32,000 nt of DNA, from positions 1,920,001-1,952,000 of the forward strand of contig NC_017262.1 of NCBI RefSeq assembly GCF_000175255.2, read 5' to 3'. The stretch comes from Zymomonas mobilis subsp. mobilis ATCC 10988 (GTDB lineage Bacteria; Pseudomonadota; Alphaproteobacteria; Sphingomonadales; Sphingomonadaceae). Made by a program: the position numbers and the translations under genes. The notes below the pieces were generated by a model. That model had not been told where the DNA came from and made no database searches. It worked only from the letters and a program-made list of their open reading frames with translations. This document shows, piece by piece, positions 26,460-32,000 of this stretch; the first letter of the stretch is position 1; each line of letters starts with the position of its first letter.

Positions 26460-28490
26460 ATGCTGTTTAATTTACGGCAGGCAGCTTTTGCGCTTAATTG
26501 TTATATAGCTGCAATGCTCGGCCTCTATGTCTCTATGCGGATTGGGCTTGAACGTCCTTTCTGGGCGATGACGACTGTCTATATCGTCAGTCATCCCCTT
26601 ACGGGGGCTATACGTTCTAAATCATTTTATCGCGTCATTGGTTCCTTCCTTGGCGCTACTTTTGTTCTGGCCGTTGTGCCAAAATTTGATAATGCGCCCC
26701 TTTTTCTCTGTATGATTTTAGGGCTGTGGGCGTCTTTTTGTATTTTTATTGTTGTTCTCGACCGCTCACCGCGCTCTTATATTTTCTTTCTTGGTATCGT
26801 TACGGCCTCTGTTATCGGCTTTCTTAGCGTAGAAAACCCTATCAATGTTTTCCATATAGCCTCTCTTCGACTTCAGGAAATCTGCTTTGGGGTTGTATCG
26901 GCAGGCTTTGTTCATTCCGTGCTTTTTCCCCATTCCGTCAGTAATCTTTTATCGCGTCAATTGGATCAGATTCTCCATGATTGCGAACGCTGGGCTAACC
27001 ATGCCTTGGCCGGAGATATGACGGATATTGATGCGAAAGACCGCCAAAATCTGACCGTTGACCTTACCAATGTCCATTTCCTTGGGACACATATCCCCTA
27101 TGATACAGCGGGATTGCGGCCAACGCGTATGGCTTTGGCCGCGGTTCAGGATCAGATTATTCTTTTGATGCCTGTTATCGCCGCTATGGAAGATCGAACA
27201 AGAGAAATTGACGATGCAGGCGGTATGTCGGAAGAGATTACCGCCTATGTCGAATCTGTTCGGCAATGGGTCGCAGATCCCCCCGTTGATGATGCGGCAG
27301 AAGCCAGTCGTTTGATTGCGCGCGGCAATGCCTTGGGTGAAAAACTAAAGGTTGAAAATTGGCGCGAACTGCTCGAGCTGAATATGATCGGGCGACTGCG
27401 TCATTTGATCGAAGCCTTGCAATCGACCCGTTTGCTGGTCGAAGCCGTCAGCCATCCAGAAGATCATCCACCCGCCATGATTGCCGCTTTAAGTAGCGCC
27501 CATCGCGTTCGCTCAATGCATCGCGACTATGGTATGGCCGCTTTAACCGCTTTGACATTGTTTATGGTCATTATGGCCTCATCCATTTTCTGGATCATGA
27601 CCAGTTGGCCAAATGGTTCGACCGGTTGCCTTTTGGCGGCGATGTCATTCGGTCTGTCGGCCCAGGCAGGTGACCCTGTTAAACAACAAGGGCATTATCT
27701 CCTCGGGGCTGTCATCGGGGTGATTGTCGCTGGTTTTTATGTGTTTGCCATCATGACACAAATTCATGAATTTGAATTGGTCATGCTGACGATGTTCCCT
27801 GTGCTGTTTATTATCGGCTATCTTACTGCCGATCAGAACTACCTGCCGATTGTTCGACCCTTTATGGTTGTCTTCAACCTAACAATGGCAATCCATCCGG
27901 CTTATTCTGCCGATTTCGAGCTTTATTTTAACAATGGTTTGGCCATTATTACCGGCTGCGGCATCTCCCTTGTCGGTTTCAAAGTAATGCGCGTTATCGG
28001 TGCCGATGTGATGGTCAGAAGGCTTCTGCAATCTGGGTGGCGTGATCTTTCGGCAACCTTAAAACGACCGGGCGCGCCCGATATCGTTGATTGGTCAAGC
28101 CGTATGCTCGATCGTATCGGTCTTATGGCACCGCGCGTTTCAGCAACAGGGACAGATCAGAATGTTATCCGCGATGATGGTATTCGCGATTTGCGTATCG
28201 GTATCTGTATGCTGCGCTTGCGGCAGCTGGCTGCTCGTGTTGATGAAAATGTCCGTCATCAAATATCCACTTTGGCGCAAGCCATTGCTGGCTATTATGA
28301 CGAATTGTCACGGTCACCGAATGCTGAATCTTCGGATATCATTTTGACAGATATCGATCGTGTTATTGATAGCTTTGTGGATCTACATAATTCAATCGAT
28401 CGCCGCGAAGGGCTGACCGCCTTGGTCAGCTTACGTCGCAATATGTTTCCTGATGCACCAGGGTTCATAAAACAACGGAGTCCGGCATGA
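26460..28490 (+). CDS. FUSC family (fusaric acid resistance / AaeB-like) inner-membrane efflux protein
   Basis: N-terminal ..GLERPFWAMTTVYIVSHP.. motif. Two hydrophobic domains are separated by a soluble region of about 200 aa. 676 aa, similar in size to E. coli AaeB. Confidence 0.87.
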   Translation: MLFNLRQAAFALNCYIAAMLGLYVSMRIGLERPFWAMTTVYIVSHPLTGAIRSKSFYRVIGSFLGATFVLAVVPKFDNAPLFLCMILGLWASFCIFIVVLDRSPRSYIFFLGIVTASVIGFLSVENPINVFHIASLRLQEICFGVVSAGFVHSVLFPHSVSNLLSRQLDQILHDCERWANHALAGDMTDIDAKDRQNLTVDLTNVHFLGTHIPYDTAGLRPTRMALAAVQDQIILLMPVIAAMEDRTREIDDAGGMSEEITAYVESVRQWVADPPVDDAAEASRLIARGNALGEKLKVENWRELLELNMIGRLRHLIEALQSTRLLVEAVSHPEDHPPAMIAALSSAHRVRSMHRDYGMAALTALTLFMVIMASSIFWIMTSWPNGSTGCLLAAMSFGLSAQAGDPVKQQGHYLLGAVIGVIVAGFYVFAIMTQIHEFELVMLTMFPVLFIIGYLTADQNYLPIVRPFMVVFNLTMAIHPAYSADFELYFNNGLAIITGCGISLVGFKVMRVIGADVMVRRLLQSGWRDLSATLKRPGAPDIVDWSSRMLDRIGLMAPRVSATGTDQNVIRDDGIRDLRIGICMLRLRQLAARVDENVRHQISTLAQAIAGYYDELSRSPNAESSDIILTDIDRVIDSFVDLHNSIDRREGLTALVSLRRNMFPDAPGFIKQRSPA

Positions 28491-28720
28491 TAACGGGAGA
28501 ATTTGATATTGTGGGTGTTTATATGCACCCACTTGTCGTAGGCGCCGCTATTGCGATCATGATTACTCAGCTTCTTACTTTGTTGCTCAGTAAACTAAAT
28601 CTTTATCGTTTCGTCTGGCATCGCGGTTTATTTGATACCGCAATGCTGATCGTTGTTTGGGGTATAATTACCGGCTATATTGCTGTGGCCGGTAACCCTA
28701 TGGCTTTTTTTCGCTTGTAG
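28487..28720 (+). CDS. DUF1656 / AaeX-like small membrane protein
   Basis: 77 aa with 2 TM segments. YRFVWHRGLFDTAM parallels E. coli AaeX YDFVWHPALFNTAL. ATGA overlap with the FUSC gene. Confidence 0.78.
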   Translation: MITGEFDIVGVYMHPLVVGAAIAIMITQLLTLLLSKLNLYRFVWHRGLFDTAMLIVVWGIITGYIAVAGNPMAFFRL

Positions 28721-28728
28721 GGGGAGGC

Positions 28729-29826
28729 ATGGATCGGAGATCCGTCCTACGCGTTCTTGTAACGCTGTTTGTCGTTTTAGTGGCCGTTTGGGTCAGCCTG
28801 CGAATGTGGTTCTACTATGAACGTGAACCATGGACACGCGATGGTCGCGTGCAGGTCGATGTTGAAAATGTGACGCCCGATGTTTCCGGTTTGGTCACGG
28901 ATGTCCTTGTCCGTGAAAACCAATATGTGACAGCAGGAACGCCACTCTTTATCGTTGATCGGGTTCGTTTTCGTTTGGCCTTAGAAGCCGCCGAGGCCGA
29001 AGTTGCCAATGTCGCTTCCCGTCTCGAACAGGCTGAACGTGAAAACCGGCGTAATATCCGGCTTGGCGATTTGGTCTCGACCGAAATTCTGGAACAAGGC
29101 GCTTCCAAGGTCGATGAGCTGGCTGCTGAACTCGAAAGAGCCAAAGCCAATCTCAATACGGCTCGCGTTAATGTGGTTCGTTCAGTTGTTCGCGCCTCTG
29201 TTGATGGCTGGATCACGAATTTCTCCCTTCGCCCCGGTAACTATGCTACGTCAGGCCGGCCTGAATTCGCGCTTTTGGATCGCCATTCTTTGCGTGTTGT
29301 CGGTTATTTTGAAGAAACCAAATTACCCCGTATCCGTGTCGGTGATAAAGTTTCCATCCGCTTGATGGGTGAAAAGAAGATCATCGAAGGCCATGTGGAT
29401 TCACTGGCTCGCGGTATTGCTGACCGTGAACTTAACCCCACTTCATCTTTGATGGCTAACGTCAACCCAACCTTTACATGGGTTCGTTTGCCGCAACGTA
29501 TTCCTGTTCGTATTGCTATCGACCATGTGCCGGAAGGTATTCGTTTGGTCGCAGGTAGAACGGCGACTGTCTCCGTTCACTATAACTCACATATTCGGCC
29601 GATTTTGCCGCCTTCTATTACAGGTGGTGTGCCTGAAGTGTTAGAAGACAGAACTGTCTCTGATAGTGTGGTCAAGACGCTTGAAAATAATGCGACTGAA
29701 ACTGTCACCAACACTTCGGAAACCAAGGTAACGGTAGACCCAAAAACGGCGCAAACGCAGGCTCCCAGCCGCCAGGTAACCACTGTCCAAAAGACAGTGA
29801 AAAAAACTGAGGAGCATGCAAGGTGA
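28729..29826 (+). CDS. HlyD-family periplasmic adaptor (AaeA-like) with an 80-aa low-complexity C-terminal tail
   Basis: Single N-terminal TM segment, lipoyl-like hairpin VTPDVSGLVTDVLVRENQYVTAGTPLFIVD and a coiled-coil. GGGGAGG SD upstream. The tail starts at about nt 29584. Confidence 0.87.
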   Translation: MDRRSVLRVLVTLFVVLVAVWVSLRMWFYYEREPWTRDGRVQVDVENVTPDVSGLVTDVLVRENQYVTAGTPLFIVDRVRFRLALEAAEAEVANVASRLEQAERENRRNIRLGDLVSTEILEQGASKVDELAAELERAKANLNTARVNVVRSVVRASVDGWITNFSLRPGNYATSGRPEFALLDRHSLRVVGYFEETKLPRIRVGDKVSIRLMGEKKIIEGHVDSLARGIADRELNPTSSLMANVNPTFTWVRLPQRIPVRIAIDHVPEGIRLVAGRTATVSVHYNSHIRPILPPSITGGVPEVLEDRTVSDSVVKTLENNATETVTNTSETKVTVDPKTAQTQAPSRQVTTVQKTVKKTEEHAR

Positions 29827-31526
29827 AATTGCGGCGGCTATCATCACTGCTGACAGTAACCGTCTTGGCGTCACTGACAGCCGGATGTATTCTGGGGCCT
29901 AAATACAAGCGTTCACAAAATGCGGCTATTGAACGTCCGACAGCCAAAGGCAATTTTGTCAGTAGCCAGAATAAAGCGCTGACAAGAATGCCGGATTTGC
30001 CGGATCATTGGTGGCATCTTTATGACGAGCCTCAATTAGATAAGCTTATCGAAGAAGCCTTTGCCCATAATAATGATCTGAAGGTGGCGGCCGCCGATAT
30101 TACGCGTTCAACGGCCGCCTTGGCACGGGCGCGTGATGCCAAACGCATCGGCACCAATCTGAACACATGGGCAAATTATATCGAATTTTCGGATCAACGA
30201 TATTTGGTCAATAGTGTTAATCGACCGCATATCCCCGATGCCTTTGCTACTTCTTTAGACGCTATTATCTCTTATCAGGTTGACTATCTCGGTCAGCTGC
30301 ATCGCGCTATTGAAGCGGCGAATGCTGATGAAGAAGCCGTCCGTTCTGCCTATGATATGGCGCGTGTTACGGTAGCCGCGAATACGGCACAGGCCTATGT
30401 CGAGGTTTGTGCCACGGGTCATGATATTGCGATTACCAAAGAGCTGATTGCTCTTGCTGAACGTTCAACCGCGTTGATTGCCCGTATGCGCTCGGAAGGG
30501 CGCGCTATGACCACGGATGTCAGACGGCAGATGGCACAGGAAGCCCAAATCAAGGCTGCCTTGCCGCAACAGGTTGCTAGAAAACAGGTCGCTCTTTTCA
30601 GTCTTGCCGTCTTAACCGGTCGTCCACCGGCAGAATTTCCGGCAGAAGTCGCGAATTGCGAAGAAGAGCCGATTTTGCGTCAACCAATACCGGTTGGTGA
30701 TGGTGAAAGCCTGCTTAATCGTCGCCCCGATATTCGCAGTGCTGAATATCGCTTAAGATCAGCCACGGCTGAAATTGGCGTCGCTATGGGTGAAATGTGG
30801 CCTAAAATTACTCTAGGCGCCACCGCAGGCTCAACCGGTATGGCCAGCCATATGTTCGGTGGTCATACCAGAGAATTTAACTTGGGGCCGGGTCTTAGCT
30901 GGCAGGTGCCTAACCGAAATCGGGCGCGCGCTGAAATTTTGGCGGCCAAATCTGAAACCCGCATTGCTGCGGCTCAATTTGATCAGACTGTTTTAAATGC
31001 GCTGAAAGAAACCGAAGCCGCTCTTACAACCTATACCCATGATCTTGATCATCGGGCAGAGGTTGCCTTAGCCCGTGATCGCGCTGCGGCAGCGGATAAA
31101 GACATCCATCGTCTTTTCTCTCTTGGTCGTATCAATGCGTTACCCGTTCTCGATGCTGACCGGACGCTGTTACAATATGAGCAACAGCTCGTCTCTTCTG
31201 ATGGCAAGATTTCAGATGATCAGATCAGAATCTTCTTGGCATTAGGTGGCGGTTGGTCACGGGATAAAGCCGAGATCGAACGCGAACAGAAGACGGGTAC
31301 GGCGCCGTCACCTCGAATTGTCAAAGCGAAGGGTATCATCCAGCAAATTGGCGATATTACGGGTATTCGTGCTGAAATTGGCAAGGGTGGCGACTTATCT
31401 CACGAGAAGGACGCTCATACCAATAACAGCAACAAAGCACCGGAACCGGTTCAGCCCCCGAAACCTCTGACCAATACGCAAGGGGTTCTCAATGAAGAGG
31501 GCGAATTGGAAAGACCAAAAGAATAG
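29823..31526 (+). CDS. Efflux outer-membrane lipoprotein, NodT family, with an 89-aa C-terminal tail
   Basis: Lipobox LTAG/C. WWHLYDEPQLDKLIEEAFAHNNDLKVAAA is typical of NodT/OprM-family OMFs. The GTG start overlaps the HlyD stop (GTGA), with GAGGAG 8 nt upstream. Confidence 0.87.
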   Translation: MKLRRLSSLLTVTVLASLTAGCILGPKYKRSQNAAIERPTAKGNFVSSQNKALTRMPDLPDHWWHLYDEPQLDKLIEEAFAHNNDLKVAAADITRSTAALARARDAKRIGTNLNTWANYIEFSDQRYLVNSVNRPHIPDAFATSLDAIISYQVDYLGQLHRAIEAANADEEAVRSAYDMARVTVAANTAQAYVEVCATGHDIAITKELIALAERSTALIARMRSEGRAMTTDVRRQMAQEAQIKAALPQQVARKQVALFSLAVLTGRPPAEFPAEVANCEEEPILRQPIPVGDGESLLNRRPDIRSAEYRLRSATAEIGVAMGEMWPKITLGATAGSTGMASHMFGGHTREFNLGPGLSWQVPNRNRARAEILAAKSETRIAAAQFDQTVLNALKETEAALTTYTHDLDHRAEVALARDRAAAADKDIHRLFSLGRINALPVLDADRTLLQYEQQLVSSDGKISDDQIRIFLALGGGWSRDKAEIEREQKTGTAPSPRIVKAKGIIQQIGDITGIRAEIGKGGDLSHEKDAHTNNSNKAPEPVQPPKPLTNTQGVLNEEGELERPKE

Positions 31527-31563
31527 TCATTATTCTTTCAAGTTATTTCGCCTAACAACAAAG

Positions 31564-31596
31564 AAAGCCTGCCATGAAAATGGCAGGCTTTCTTTT
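31564..31596. terminator. Bidirectional rho-independent terminator
   Basis: 11-bp perfect stem AAAGCCTGCCA/TGGCAGGCTTT with a 6-nt loop. An A-rich run precedes it and TTTCTTTT follows. It sits between convergent genes. Confidence 0.8.
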
Positions 31597-31651
31597 ATCA
31601 ATAAGACTCTATTCGAAAACTGATAGGATTTTCGGCCTAAACAGAACAAGA

Positions 31652-32000
31652 TCACGCAGGAATGGCGACTTTCAAAGCCTTGGTTGAAATTTCTATCGTT
31701 GCAGGGGTGCATCCTCTTGCATCGCCATCGCTTTGTATTGGAATTCTTGTATTAGCCTCAATCTTTACCTTTTCAGCCTTCACAATCTTGATATGCTTAC
31801 AATCAGCAATCTTCCCCATAAAAAAAGCGGCAACCGCATAAAGATAGCTCATTTTGCTAGGCGACTGAAATAACAGGACAGAAAAGGCTTTTTCTTTCTG
31901 TTTTGACCAAGGCAGCAATCTATAATTTCCAGCATAGAAAGCGCCTTTTGAAATAATGACAGCCGTTGCCTTCTCTGTTGCGCGTCCCTCTATTGATACC
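31652..32000 (-). CDS. Diacylglycerol-kinase-family lipid kinase (YegS/BmrU-like), C-terminal part only
   Basis: The minus-strand frame stays open past the TTG at 31918 to the window edge (..VSIEGRATEKATAVIISKGAFYAGNYRL..). The C-terminal pattern ..IPIQSDGDARG..P..IEI...AL.V..P resembles the DAGK-family C-terminus (DGE..G..P). Confidence 0.6.
   Translation of the reverse strand, partial: VSIEGRATEKATAVIISKGAFYAGNYRLLPWSKQKEKAFSVLLFQSPSKMSYLYAVAAFFMGKIADCKHIKIVKAEKVKIEANTRIPIQSDGDARGCTPATIEISTKALKVAIPA

Noticed and set aside
28815-29216. 133-aa minus-strand ORF antisense to the HlyD gene. Similar antisense or alternate-frame ORFs occur at 12561-13019, 21558-21926, 23630-23911, 16739-17047 and 26949-27266.
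   Set aside because: They lie wholly inside well-supported conserved genes. Their Ser/Arg/Thr/Ala-rich or Cys/Phe-rich low-complexity translations are typical of antisense frames, and no start context supports them.

Overview
This is a chromosomal window of about 30 protein genes and one tRNA, mostly housekeeping and cell-envelope functions. Gene content and synteny point to a moderate-GC alphaproteobacterium: split glyQ/glyS, DUF3576-leuS-lptE-holA, TraB/GumN and a FUSC efflux operon. Together with the extremely AT-rich spacers this resembles Sphingomonadales/Zymomonas, but that is inference from reading the sequence, not a search result.

Left to right the window holds:
- the 3' part of a purine-nucleoside-permease-family gene
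- a low-GC minus-strand block rfbB-rfbA-rfbC-rfbD ending in an orphan KpsM-type ABC-2 permease
- a photolyase, a mannitol 2-dehydrogenase, an orphan 130-aa ORF, tRNA-Pro(UGG), TraB/GumN and glyQS
- a divergent MOP-flippase / GINT1-N-like beta-propeller pair
- an FAD oxidoreductase, an OMP-like protein, a C-N hydrolase, and an Lrp/AsnC regulator with a LysE exporter
- DUF3576 lipoprotein-leuS-lptE-holA
- a four-gene FUSC-DUF1656-HlyD-NodT efflux operon
- the 3' part of a DAG-kinase-family lipid kinase

I see no CRISPR, IS/transposase, integrase, prophage, toxin-antitoxin or recognisable defence genes, and no clear-cut novel multi-gene system. The items most worth a second look are:
1. the flippase/GINT1-N-like pair
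2. the compositionally foreign rfb block with a permease lacking its ATPase
3. the efflux operon, for its long low-complexity tails and odd upstream region (G8 tract, inverted repeat at the start codon)
4. a terminator-like hairpin in the glyQS leader
5. the recurrent extreme-AT tracts at module boundaries

All family assignments rest on motif recognition from memory and need profile searches to confirm.
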